Positions 9,080-17,786 of a DNA stretch of 55,177 nt are shown piece after piece. Location of the stretch: the NCBI GenBank assembly GCA_034718555.1, contig JAYEMW010000253.1, positions 1-55,177 of the forward strand, given 5' to 3'. The stretch comes from Thermodesulfobacteriota bacterium (lineage in GTDB: Bacteria > Desulfobacterota > DSM-4660 > Desulfatiglandales > B25-G16). The translations under genes were made by a program, and so were the position numbers. The notes under the pieces were generated by a model, which was not told the origin of the DNA, ran no database searches, and saw nothing but the letters and a program-made list of their open reading frames with translations. The first letter of the stretch is position 1. Every line of letters begins with the position of its first letter.

Positions 9080-9523
9080 ATGATACGAAATGACGGGTTT
9101 TCCTTGGATACAATGAAGCTTCCAAAAATCAACGATATGATAACCACGGAACAAGCACTTGAATTATGCAAGCACTTCAATCTTGATTATCTGATTAAAC
9201 GCATTGAATCCAATTCAGACAAATATAAATCATGGAAATTTGACGGCTGTTCCGGATTGCCTGATGAGGTTCTGGGTTTCTTCACTAATTGTGAATGGAA
9301 GGATATCACATATAAATGCTGTTTGCCTCATGACCTTTGCTATGGTTACGGAGAACATGGAAATAAAACAGAAAGGAAAAGAGTAGACAAAAAATTTTAC
9401 AGAGACCTGGTTACACAAGCACATATGAAGAAATGGTTCGCTTTTGCTTTTCTCGTTGCTGTGCGAGTAGGAGGGGCAGAAGCATTTGGTCTATCGTTTT
9501 CATGGGGATTTGCTCATAAATAA
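9080..9523 (+). CDS. Small Cys-rich protein with a phospholipase-A2-like His-Asp motif and a C-terminal hydrophobic helix
   Basis: CCLPHDLCYGYG resembles the PLA2 catalytic CCxxHDxCY signature. The downstream RKRVDKKFYRDL supplies a conserved-looking Asp. The C-terminal WFAFAFLVAVRVGGAEAFGLSFSWGF is hydrophobic. The start codon is uncertain because there is no strong RBS. Confidence 0.45.
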   Translation: MIRNDGFSLDTMKLPKINDMITTEQALELCKHFNLDYLIKRIESNSDKYKSWKFDGCSGLPDEVLGFFTNCEWKDITYKCCLPHDLCYGYGEHGNKTERKRVDKKFYRDLVTQAHMKKWFAFAFLVAVRVGGAEAFGLSFSWGFAHK

Positions 9524-9617
9524 CATTACCGGTAAACTTTCAGCTAAATTAATTCTGATTGTTCAAGAATAAATAAATCATCTATTCATCACATCAAATT
9601 AATAAAAGGAGAATATC

Positions 9618-10311
9618 ATGGACATTGAATTTCATTTATAGAATTGGAATTGCTACCCATTCCTATGTTGATACATGGGCTCATCAAAATTTTATTGGTT
9701 ATTATAATGAATTTAATCCTATGTCAGGGGTTCTTGATCAACTAATTCCAAATATCGGGCATGCTGATGCGGGACACAATCCTGACTGGCCTTCACTTGT
9801 CTGGAAGGATAAACGACTTCTCGATAAGAATGCGAGAATAGACAACAAAGAACGGTTTATGGAATCAGCAGGTAATCTTTTTACAAAATATCGATTTTAT
9901 GTTGATAAAAAATGTTCTGCCAAAACATTAAACGCAGATCGAATGCAGTTAATCAAAGGAATTCGTTCTGCAATTGGAGAGGTTGGCCAGTCAAACTCAA
10001 ATAAAATTGTACGTATTGAGCGATATAGAGAACTCAGTCAAAAAATGTTTGGATATAAAATACCCGAATATGATGAATATGCATGGTTTGAAGAAGTAGT
10101 AAATGAAAAGGTTAGAGGATTAAGAGATAAGGCTGATTCATTTCTGACCAGGTGGGACCCTTTAACTGATATTTACACATGGAGAAAGCCAGGCAAATAT
10201 AAAGAAACCAACTGGTATAAATTTCAGGAAGCTGTAAAATTGAATCAAGATACAACCTGGGATCTTCTATATAATAAGGTTTTTTCAAAATTAGATTTAA
10301 AAGATTTATAA
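9618..10311 (+). CDS. His/Asp-rich putative metal-dependent hydrolase; reading frame broken by one extra T at about 9636 (or TTG start at 9625)
   Basis: AAAGGAG (9605-9611) sits 6 nt before the ATG at 9618, which reads MDIEFHL* and stops. The long ORF (9625-10311, TTG start) lies in the +1 frame. Removing one T from CATTTAT joins them as MDIEFHYRIGIATHSYVDTWAHQNF...IGHADAGHNPDWP. Confidence 0.5.
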
Positions 10312-10728
10312 ATCTGATGGGATGTGATTTTTAACCTGATCGGCCAAGGCTTGAATCTCTTCCATATTACCGGGTTTCATCTCCCAATTTGATATGGATA
10401 GGCTGTCGTTCTCCCAGCGGGGAATAATGTGCACGTGGAGATGGGGGACAACCTGGTCAGAGGCCTTTCCATTAAGCTGAAGCACTGTTGCGCCATCTGC
10501 ATGTAAAGCCTCTTTTATAGCTATGGCGCATCTTTTTACTGCGTGAAAAACTGCCGACAGATCGTCCTTTTCTATATCAAAGATATTTTCGGCGTGTTTT
10601 TTAGGTACAACGAGCAAGTGACCTCTGCCTGCAGGATTTATATCCATAAAGGCAATCACGAGTTCCTCATCCAGCACTTTTATAGCAGGTATTTCACCTG
10701 CGATGATTTTGCAAAATATACAGTCCAT
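10306..10728 (-). CDS. HIT (histidine triad) family protein
   Basis: CIFCKI N-terminal motif and the histidine triad HLHVHIIPR. 140 aa. Confidence 0.85.
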   Translation of the reverse strand: MDCIFCKIIAGEIPAIKVLDEELVIAFMDINPAGRGHLLVVPKKHAENIFDIEKDDLSAVFHAVKRCAIAIKEALHADGATVLQLNGKASDQVVPHLHVHIIPRWENDSLSISNWEMKPGNMEEIQALADQVKNHIPSDL

Positions 10729-10741
10729 TAAATTCTATCAG

Positions 10742-11455
10742 CTACCTGCAGTCCGGGCATTTTTCCCAGAAATCTTTAGGAATTCCCTCGGTTATTTTAT
10801 CGAAATAACTCAGTTGAAACCATGGCGCAAAGCTCCTTCCACAGATCTTACATTTTTTCATGGGAAGGGTCCTGCCCCATCGGACAATTGTCCGTTCGTT
10901 TTCATTTTCCTCGACCTTAATACAATCCGCCGGGCAGACGTAGGCGCAGGCACCGCAGGCTATACATGTCTGGGGATTAATCTCTAATGGCGGCCCTACT
11001 TTTCTGTTAGCCCCCCTTCCAAGAAAGGAAATGGCTTCAACGCCAACTATCTCCCGGCAAACCCGCTCGCATAGTCCGCATAATATACAGTCATCGTCTC
11101 CAAGCTTAAATCTTGGCTCACCGACGGAATACTCCTCTGCTAACTCTTTAAGGACAGGCACATTTGGCGATCTGGACAACAGAAGTTCTATAACCATCTT
11201 TCTGGCCTTAATAACCTTATCCGTGTTTGTCTTAACATCAATACCTTCAAGAGCAGGATAATTACATGATGTAGTAAGGCTGGTCCTGTTACCCTTTGTA
11301 ATTTCTACCTGACAGAGACGGCATGCCCCATAAGGTTTTAATGACTCATGGTAGCAGAGATGGGGAATGTCAAACCCGTTATCCAATGCAACTTGAAGCA
11401 CATTTTGTCCTTCTTCTGCCTCAACTTCCACTCCGTCAATATTAAATTTAATCAT
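10742..11455 (-). CDS. 2Fe-2S plus 2x[4Fe-4S] ferredoxin-type subunit (NuoG/HndD N-terminal-domain-like, no catalytic domain)
   Basis: CYHESLKPYGACRLCQVE (plant-type 2Fe-2S), CILCGLCERVC and CIACGACAYVCP (4Fe-4S). At 237 aa it ends before any hydrogenase or molybdopterin domain. Confidence 0.75.
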   Translation of the reverse strand: MIKFNIDGVEVEAEEGQNVLQVALDNGFDIPHLCYHESLKPYGACRLCQVEITKGNRTSLTTSCNYPALEGIDVKTNTDKVIKARKMVIELLLSRSPNVPVLKELAEEYSVGEPRFKLGDDDCILCGLCERVCREIVGVEAISFLGRGANRKVGPPLEINPQTCIACGACAYVCPADCIKVEENENERTIVRWGRTLPMKKCKICGRSFAPWFQLSYFDKITEGIPKDFWEKCPDCR

Positions 11456-11527
11456 CTTTTATTAACCTTCCCAATTTTTACTTGCTGATTGCTGATTTGA
11501 AATGCGACTAAAAATATAAAAATTCGT

Positions 11528-13381
11528 TTAAACTACCTTTACTGCATCAAAATTACAGGTAGCCATGCATGCGCCGCAACGTATGCATTTTTCCGCATCA
11601 ATCACGTGAAGTTTCTTTTTCTCCCCTGTAATAGCATCACTTGGGCAGACCTTTTTGCACATTCCACAGCCTGTGCAGGCCTCTTCATCTATAGAGTATG
11701 TTATAAGGGCCTTGCATACTCCTGCGGGACATCTTTTTTCTTTTATATGGGTTTCATATTCATCCCTGAAATATCGGATAGTGCTTAAAACAGGATTTGG
11801 AGCGGTTTGCCCCAGTGCGCACAGGGAACCCTCAGCAACTACCCAGCTTAACTCTTCTAAAAGTTCAATGTCTCCTTCCTTTCCTTCACCGCTGGTAATG
11901 GCGTCGAGGATCTCATACATTCGTTGAGTGCCTTCCCTACAGGTCGTGCATTTTCCGCAGCTCTCGCCCTTTAAAAAATTCATAAAGTATTTGGCCGTAT
12001 CTACCATGCAGGTTTTATCATCCATTACAATCATTCCGCCGGAACCCATCATGGAGCCAACCTCAGTGAGTTTGTCAAAATCCACCTGAATATCCAACAA
12101 TTTTTCAGGGATAACCCCTCCTGACGGTCCTCCTGTTTGCACGGCCTTTAATTTTCTTTCATTAGGTATACCGCCGCCAATGTTATCAACAATTTCCCTA
12201 AGGGTTATTCCCATGGGAACTTCAACGAGACCGGTGTTATTAACCTTCCCTACAAGAGAAAAAATCTTGGTTCCTTTGCTGCCTTCAGTCCCTATACCCG
12301 TGTACCAGTCAACACCCTTATTTATAATAAGGGGGATGTTTGCCCACGTTTCAACATTGTTGAGATTGGTAGGTTGATCCCAGAGACCACTCTCGACGGT
12401 ATGGATATGTTTGGCTCGGGGTTCGCCGGCACGACCTTCCAAGGATTCCATAAGGGCCGTTGATTCACCGCAGACAAAGGCTCCTCCTCCCTTGCTTACC
12501 TTAATATCAAAACTAAATTCCGTATTGAATATTTTTTCTCCCAACAACCCAGAGTTCCTGAGTTGATTTATTGCTATCTCAACGTTCTTAACGGCAAGAG
12601 GATATTCGTTTCGCACGTATATATAACCTTCGTCTGAGCCTATGGCATAGGCCCCGATTATCATCCCCTCCAATACGCTATGAGGGTTGCCCTCTAATAA
12701 GCTTCTATCCATATATGCGCCAGGGTCCCCCTCGTCCGCATTACATATTACATAATGCTTGTCCCCAGGGGCTCGCCTGCATGATTCCCATTTAACGCCG
12801 GTGGGAAATCCTCCGCCTCCTCTTCCACGAAGGCCTGATTTTTTGACTAAACCAATTACATCGGATGGAGAAATTTCCTTTAAGGTCTTGGACAAGGCCG
12901 AATAACCGCCAATAGCTATGTAGTCCTCTAAAGAGGTTGGGTCAATTCTGCCGTTGTTTCCAAAAATATGCCTTGTCTGACCCTTGTAAAAAGGAACATC
13001 ATCTTCTTTTACAATCTTATTGCCTGTTTGAGGATCAATGTACAGAAGACGGTCGACAATTTCATCCTTAAGCAAGGTTTCGGAGATGATTTCAGCGGTA
13101 TCTTTTACATCGACATTCTGATAAAATATCTTCATCGGATTTAAAACAACAACAGGTCCTCTTTCACAAAATCCGTGGCAACCTGTAGTTCTTATGTCTA
13201 TCTTTTCTTCAAGACCCTTGTTTTTCAACTCTGTCTGAAAGGATTCCGTGACCTTTTCGCACCCAAAAGCACGGCATCCTGTCCCAGAGCATATGGTAAT
13301 GCATGGCTTGTTAGAATCCCTTTTAGCTATAATTTCTTGCCTGATTTCTTCTAATTTTTCCGGGCTATCAATCCTTTTCAT
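11528..13381 (-). CDS. nuoF: NuoF-like NADH-binding flavoprotein subunit (HndC/HydB type, with extra Fe-S domains)
   Basis: GRGGGGFPTG FMN/NADH motif and ESCGKCTTCREG (N3 cluster). An N-terminal thioredoxin-like 2Fe-2S domain (CSGTGC...TGCHGFC) and C-terminal CTGCGMCKKVCP / CIRCGACMATC. Confidence 0.85.
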   Translation of the reverse strand: MKRIDSPEKLEEIRQEIIAKRDSNKPCITICSGTGCRAFGCEKVTESFQTELKNKGLEEKIDIRTTGCHGFCERGPVVVLNPMKIFYQNVDVKDTAEIISETLLKDEIVDRLLYIDPQTGNKIVKEDDVPFYKGQTRHIFGNNGRIDPTSLEDYIAIGGYSALSKTLKEISPSDVIGLVKKSGLRGRGGGGFPTGVKWESCRRAPGDKHYVICNADEGDPGAYMDRSLLEGNPHSVLEGMIIGAYAIGSDEGYIYVRNEYPLAVKNVEIAINQLRNSGLLGEKIFNTEFSFDIKVSKGGGAFVCGESTALMESLEGRAGEPRAKHIHTVESGLWDQPTNLNNVETWANIPLIINKGVDWYTGIGTEGSKGTKIFSLVGKVNNTGLVEVPMGITLREIVDNIGGGIPNERKLKAVQTGGPSGGVIPEKLLDIQVDFDKLTEVGSMMGSGGMIVMDDKTCMVDTAKYFMNFLKGESCGKCTTCREGTQRMYEILDAITSGEGKEGDIELLEELSWVVAEGSLCALGQTAPNPVLSTIRYFRDEYETHIKEKRCPAGVCKALITYSIDEEACTGCGMCKKVCPSDAITGEKKKLHVIDAEKCIRCGACMATCNFDAVKVV

Positions 13382-13854
13382 TGTTCTTCCCTGGTGATTG
13401 TTTTCCGATATTTTTTAATGGTAGACTCAACCTTTGCCGGGGTCATATTCCCATTGTATTCTTTGTCAACAACTACAATGGGTCCAAGGGCGCATGCGCC
13501 CAGGCAGTTAACCGTTTCAAGTGAAAACAGTCCGTCCTCTGTCATTTCACCTGCATCTACGCCAAGCTCTAATTTTAATCTGTCAACTACCATAGGCGCT
13601 CCCCTTACATGGCATGCTGTGCCGAGACACACACTTATAGTATGTTTGCCGCGGGGCTTAAGGCTGAATGCATTGTAAAAGGATGCTATTCTGTATATCC
13701 TTGTCAGCGGTATTGGAAGTTTCTCAGAGATATACTCTAAATCCTTTTCAGGCAGGTAGTTTTCCTGTTCTTGAACGTCCTGTAAGATTGCAATTACCGC
13801 AGAGTCCTTGTATTCATATTTCTCTAATATTCGATCAATACCCTTTGGGTCCAT
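13378..13854 (-). CDS. nuoE: NuoE-like thioredoxin-fold 2Fe-2S subunit (HndA/HydC type)
   Basis: CLGTACHVRG ... CLGACALGP cysteine pattern. 4-nt overlap with the NuoF-like gene. Confidence 0.85.
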   Translation of the reverse strand: MDPKGIDRILEKYEYKDSAVIAILQDVQEQENYLPEKDLEYISEKLPIPLTRIYRIASFYNAFSLKPRGKHTISVCLGTACHVRGAPMVVDRLKLELGVDAGEMTEDGLFSLETVNCLGACALGPIVVVDKEYNGNMTPAKVESTIKKYRKTITREEQ

Positions 13855-14802
13855 TTAATCTCCTTCGGTCATTTTTACCTTTTTCTTTACTTTCTCATAC
13901 TCCTCAACAACCCTCTTCTGGATTGTATCTATCATTTCTTCACTCAAATGTCTGAATCGTCCCTGGATTTTCAGATATTCTTTTACAGGTCTGAGCTTTT
14001 CAATCTTGCCGGTAAATTTATAGCGCCCATTTTCCACCTCATATAAGGGAAAGACTCCTGTCTCAACTGCGAGGCGGCCGGCTTTAATAGAAAGTTCAAC
14101 CGGCAGTCTCCACCCTGTAGGACAGACAGAGAGGATGTGGACATAGGCAGGGCCCTTAATTTTTGCTGCCTTTTTTACCTTATTCATAAGATCTATTGGG
14201 TAACTCGGGCAGGCTGTGGCAACATATGGTATATTATGGGCTATGGCAATCTCAGGCATGTTTTTTTTCCACGTTACCTGACCAGGTATAAGCTTTCCCG
14301 CAGGAGATGTTGTAGTAGAGGCGCCAAACGGTGTTGCCGACGATCTCTGGATGCCTGTATTCATATATGCCTCATTATCATAACATATATATACAAAATC
14401 ATGTCCCCGCTCAAGGGCTCCGGATAGGGCCTGGACACCTATATCGCTTGTTCCCCCGTCCCCGGCCATGGCAAGGAAGGTCATTTTCTTTTTAGGCACC
14501 CTGCCCTTTCTCATCAAAGCCTTCATGCCCGCTTCTGCACCTGATGCAACTGCCGCTGCATTTTCAAATGCCACATGTATCCAGGGAACCCTCCAGCTTG
14601 TATAGGGCATGGGAGATGATATAATCTCCATGCAGCCGGTAGCAGAGGAGACAATCACATTTCTTCCCAGCGCCTTGGCAACAAGCCGCACGGCCAGGGC
14701 CTCTGCACAACCCTGACAGGCTCTATGGCCTGGTGCAAAATAGTCTTTTTTGGTAATCAGTTTATATGCATATACATTGGTTGATTCGACTATTTCCATC
14801 AC
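13855..14802 (-). CDS. porB: 2-oxoacid (pyruvate-type):ferredoxin oxidoreductase, beta (TPP-binding) subunit
   Basis: GDGGTSDIG...YDNEAYMNTG TPP-binding motif and an N-terminal CxGC. 4-nt overlap with the alpha subunit. Substrate cannot be assigned from sequence alone. Confidence 0.8.
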   Translation of the reverse strand: MMEIVESTNVYAYKLITKKDYFAPGHRACQGCAEALAVRLVAKALGRNVIVSSATGCMEIISSPMPYTSWRVPWIHVAFENAAAVASGAEAGMKALMRKGRVPKKKMTFLAMAGDGGTSDIGVQALSGALERGHDFVYICYDNEAYMNTGIQRSSATPFGASTTTSPAGKLIPGQVTWKKNMPEIAIAHNIPYVATACPSYPIDLMNKVKKAAKIKGPAYVHILSVCPTGWRLPVELSIKAGRLAVETGVFPLYEVENGRYKFTGKIEKLRPVKEYLKIQGRFRHLSEEMIDTIQKRVVEEYEKVKKKVKMTEGD

Positions 14803-15980
14803 TTACCCCTTACTCCGTAGTACTCGAAATCTTCTTCTCGAGTATGATTCTTAACCTTTTCCATGGCCTTATGATACATATTCTTAAAATCATCAATAGT
14901 GACGTCTCGCCCAGCCAGACCACATATAAAATTTGTTATATTTGGCTGATTTTTTTCTTTATAAAGAACAGAGCGGAGGTCTATGGCAAGGGGGCCACCC
15001 TGGCCGCCGTAAGATATTGCCCTATCAATAACAATAAGATGTTTTGCCTGGCCTACGGCTTCTCTAAATTCATCAAAGGGAAACGGTCTCCATAGTCTGT
15101 CCATAATTAGGCCGACGGATTTTCCCTCTTCTCTGAGTGCATCAATGGCCATTGAAACAGTTTCTCCGTAGCTTCCCTGAGTTATAAACAATGTGTCCGC
15201 ACCATCACTTTTATAGGTCTCTATGGGTTTATAATGTCTTCCAACAATATCCCCGAGTTCTTTCCACGCGGATATAATCACGGACTTTGATTGTTTGAGG
15301 GGTTCATCCTGGGCAACCTTTGCCTCTGAAAAGATGGTCGGCATTCCAACACCCCCCATGGTGACCGGTTTGTCCGGGTGAAGGCGATGGACCGGTTCAA
15401 AATTTGGTAGATATTTTTCAACCTGATTCTGGTCCCAAAATTCAACAGGCTCTATCACATGGGTCAGTATAAAACCATCTATATTTATAATAAGCGGCAG
15501 CATTACATTTTTGTCTTCCGCCACCTTGTAGGCGAAAAATACATGATCAAAAACCTCCTGTCCGTTATTTGCAAAGACCTGAATCCATCCGCAGTCCCGT
15601 ATAGACATAACATCCGTATGATCATTCCATATGCTGATAGGCCCTGACATGGATCTATTCGCCAGTATCATAACAACAGGCAATCTCATGGAGGCAACTA
15701 TGTGGACTATCTCATTCATCAATGCAAGCCCCTGGGAACTGGTGCAGGTAAAGACCCTTGCCCCTACGGCAGATGACCCGGCTGCCACACTCATGGCAGA
15801 ATGTTCAGATTCTACCGGAATAAATTCAGCATCTAATTCACCATTGTTTACCAGTTCCGACAGATGTTCAACAATATGTGTCTGGGGTGTAATAGGATAG
15901 GCGGCGATGCAATCTACATTTGCCATTTTTACCGCCTCTGCGGCGGATAATGAAACCTCGAGCCCGATTCTCTTTCCCAT
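14799..15980 (-). CDS. porA: 2-oxoacid (pyruvate-type):ferredoxin oxidoreductase, alpha subunit
   Basis: AAYPITPQTHIVEHL, VESEHSAMS and the overall PorA/VorA layout. 393 aa. Confidence 0.8.
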   Translation of the reverse strand: MGKRIGLEVSLSAAEAVKMANVDCIAAYPITPQTHIVEHLSELVNNGELDAEFIPVESEHSAMSVAAGSSAVGARVFTCTSSQGLALMNEIVHIVASMRLPVVMILANRSMSGPISIWNDHTDVMSIRDCGWIQVFANNGQEVFDHVFFAYKVAEDKNVMLPLIINIDGFILTHVIEPVEFWDQNQVEKYLPNFEPVHRLHPDKPVTMGGVGMPTIFSEAKVAQDEPLKQSKSVIISAWKELGDIVGRHYKPIETYKSDGADTLFITQGSYGETVSMAIDALREEGKSVGLIMDRLWRPFPFDEFREAVGQAKHLIVIDRAISYGGQGGPLAIDLRSVLYKEKNQPNITNFICGLAGRDVTIDDFKNMYHKAMEKVKNHTREEDFEYYGVRGK

Positions 15981-16273
15981 TACTCTTCCTCCTCAACCAT
16001 TTCAATGGCCTGTGTAGGGCATTCATTAGCGCAAATCCCGCACCCCTTACAGTAGAACAAATTTGCCTCAAAAAAGCCCTCGTCTGTTTCATATATGGCA
16101 GCATCAGGGCAAAAGATATAACAAGTCCCACATTTTATACATTTTTTACTATCTACAACCGGTCTTATCGATCTCCAGTCTCCGGTTTTGTATTCATCGG
16201 AATTTCCCGGGGTAGTTAAAACCGTCCCAACTTCAAGCTCCTGCCAGGCCAAATCCTGTCTTGTCTCGGTCAC
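15980..16273 (-). CDS. porD: 2-oxoacid:ferredoxin oxidoreductase, delta (2x[4Fe-4S]) subunit
   Basis: CIKCGTCYIFCP and CKGCGICANECP. 97 aa. 1-nt overlap with the alpha subunit. Confidence 0.8.
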   Translation of the reverse strand: MTETRQDLAWQELEVGTVLTTPGNSDEYKTGDWRSIRPVVDSKKCIKCGTCYIFCPDAAIYETDEGFFEANLFYCKGCGICANECPTQAIEMVEEEE

Positions 16274-16291
16274 TTTATTACCTCTCTATAT

Positions 16292-16840
16292 TCAAAACGC
16301 CAACTGTGTTTCTTCAAACGCCCGTTTAAAGGCAGCAATATTCTTTTCAGCTATACGGCCAAATCTATTTTTCAATGGCTCAATCAGGGATTCAGGGTCT
16401 ACAACAGCCTTAGCCTTTAATAACGCCCCAAGCATGGTCGTATTTGTGATAGGCAGTCCTAAAACCTCTCTGGCAATCTTTGTAGCATTCACAACCGCAA
16501 GCTTGCAGTTAATATTTAATTCTTTTTTTATCTCTTCAGCCGTATATTTTGTGTTTGCTACTAATATCCCATCGTCACTTAAACCTGCAGCAACATTAAC
16601 AATTCTCAGTATGCCTGGGTCTAACACCAGAACAATGTCCGGGGTGTGAATTTCAGACCGTATTTTAATTTGTTGGTCATCTACCCTGCAAAATGCTATA
16701 ACCGGCGCCCCACGCCGCTCCGGACCAAAGGAGGGGAAGGCCTGTCCGTATTTTCCCTTACTTATCGCTGCCAGGGCTAAGAGCTCAGCAGAAGTAACAG
16801 CACCCTGTCCGCCCCTTCCATGAAACCTGATTTCCAGCAT
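16292..16840 (-). CDS. porG: 2-oxoacid:ferredoxin oxidoreductase, gamma subunit
   Basis: MLEIRFHGRGGQGAVTSAELLA opening typical of OFOR gamma subunits. First gene of the operon. Confidence 0.8.
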   Translation of the reverse strand: MLEIRFHGRGGQGAVTSAELLALAAISKGKYGQAFPSFGPERRGAPVIAFCRVDDQQIKIRSEIHTPDIVLVLDPGILRIVNVAAGLSDDGILVANTKYTAEEIKKELNINCKLAVVNATKIAREVLGLPITNTTMLGALLKAKAVVDPESLIEPLKNRFGRIAEKNIAAFKRAFEETQLAF

Positions 16841-16951
16841 AACAACTCCTCACAAATAGAATATATTTTTCCTGCAAAAACTGGTGTCACCTATAACTCC
16901 AAACATATTGAATTGTCAAATCTTTTTTTAATCTTTTTTAATAAATATTTA

Positions 16952-16980
16952 TTGACAATGATTATACCATTCATTATACT
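16952..16980 (+). promoter_or_regulatory. Near-consensus sigma-70 promoter of the RHH/MazF-type cassette
   Basis: TTGACA (16952-16957), a 17-nt spacer, TATACT (16975-16980), then GGAGG (16993-16997) and the ATG at 17005. Confidence 0.6.
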
Positions 16981-17004
16981 AATCTTAATTATGGAGGTAT
17001 AACC

Positions 17005-17262
17005 ATGGCGAATATAAAGACTGCAATTTCAATCGATAAGCCACTATTTGAGCAAATGGATAGTTTAGCTAACGAATTGAACCTTTCTCGAAGCCGTATA
17101 TTTGTATTGGCCGCCCATGAATTTATTCAACGTCATCAAAACCATAAACTGCTTGAAGCCATTAATGATGCTTATGATGATATGCCCGATTTAAGTGAAG
17201 AAACCCATAGAGAACAGATACGTTCTATACACTACGAAATGGTCAAAGATCAGTGGCAATAA
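17005..17262 (+). CDS. Ribbon-helix-helix antitoxin partner of a PemK/MazF toxin
   Basis: 85 aa. IKTAISIDKPLFEQMDSLANELNLSRSRIFVLAAHEFI forms strand-helix-helix. It overlaps the toxin gene by 10 nt. Confidence 0.7.
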   Translation: MANIKTAISIDKPLFEQMDSLANELNLSRSRIFVLAAHEFIQRHQNHKLLEAINDAYDDMPDLSEETHREQIRSIHYEMVKDQWQ

Positions 17263-17609
17263 ATCAAGGTGATGTATTTTGGATAAACCTGAAAGAACCT
17301 TCCGGTTCCGAATCCGGATTTCGTCACCCGCACGTTGTTATTCAAAATAATCTGTTCAACCGTAGCCGTATTAATACAGTGGTTGTTTGCGCCCTGACCT
17401 CTAACATTAAGCGGGCAAAGGTACCGGGGAATGTTTTGTTAAACAAGGGGGAGGCTAATCTGCCGAAAAAAAGCGTGGTGAATGTTTCTCAAATCTTTAC
17501 AGTGAATAAGAGCGATTTATCAGAAAAAATGGGGGCTTTATCACGAGAGCGGCTTAATCAACTACTTGAAGGCATTAAACTTCTGACCGAACCAAGGGAA
17601 GTCGAATAA
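17253..17609 (+). CDS. PemK/MazF-family endoribonuclease toxin
   Basis: GDVFWINL...RHPHVVIQNNLFNRSRINTVVVCALTSN fits the MazF/PemK SH3-like fold signature. Confidence 0.8.
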   Translation: MAINQGDVFWINLKEPSGSESGFRHPHVVIQNNLFNRSRINTVVVCALTSNIKRAKVPGNVLLNKGEANLPKKSVVNVSQIFTVNKSDLSEKMGALSRERLNQLLEGIKLLTEPREVE

Positions 17610-17786
17610 TAATTTCAAAATGCGACGCCCGCATAATAAAAGAAATCAAATATCAAGAAAATGTTACAAGGCAATTATTACCAGGCAATGGTTACTTGTT
17701 TAAAGTGCAATTATCAACCTAACGAAGCATATTAGCCCTATAATCAAGCGCTATACCTAATGTCAAAATAGAAAGAATTAAGCAGG

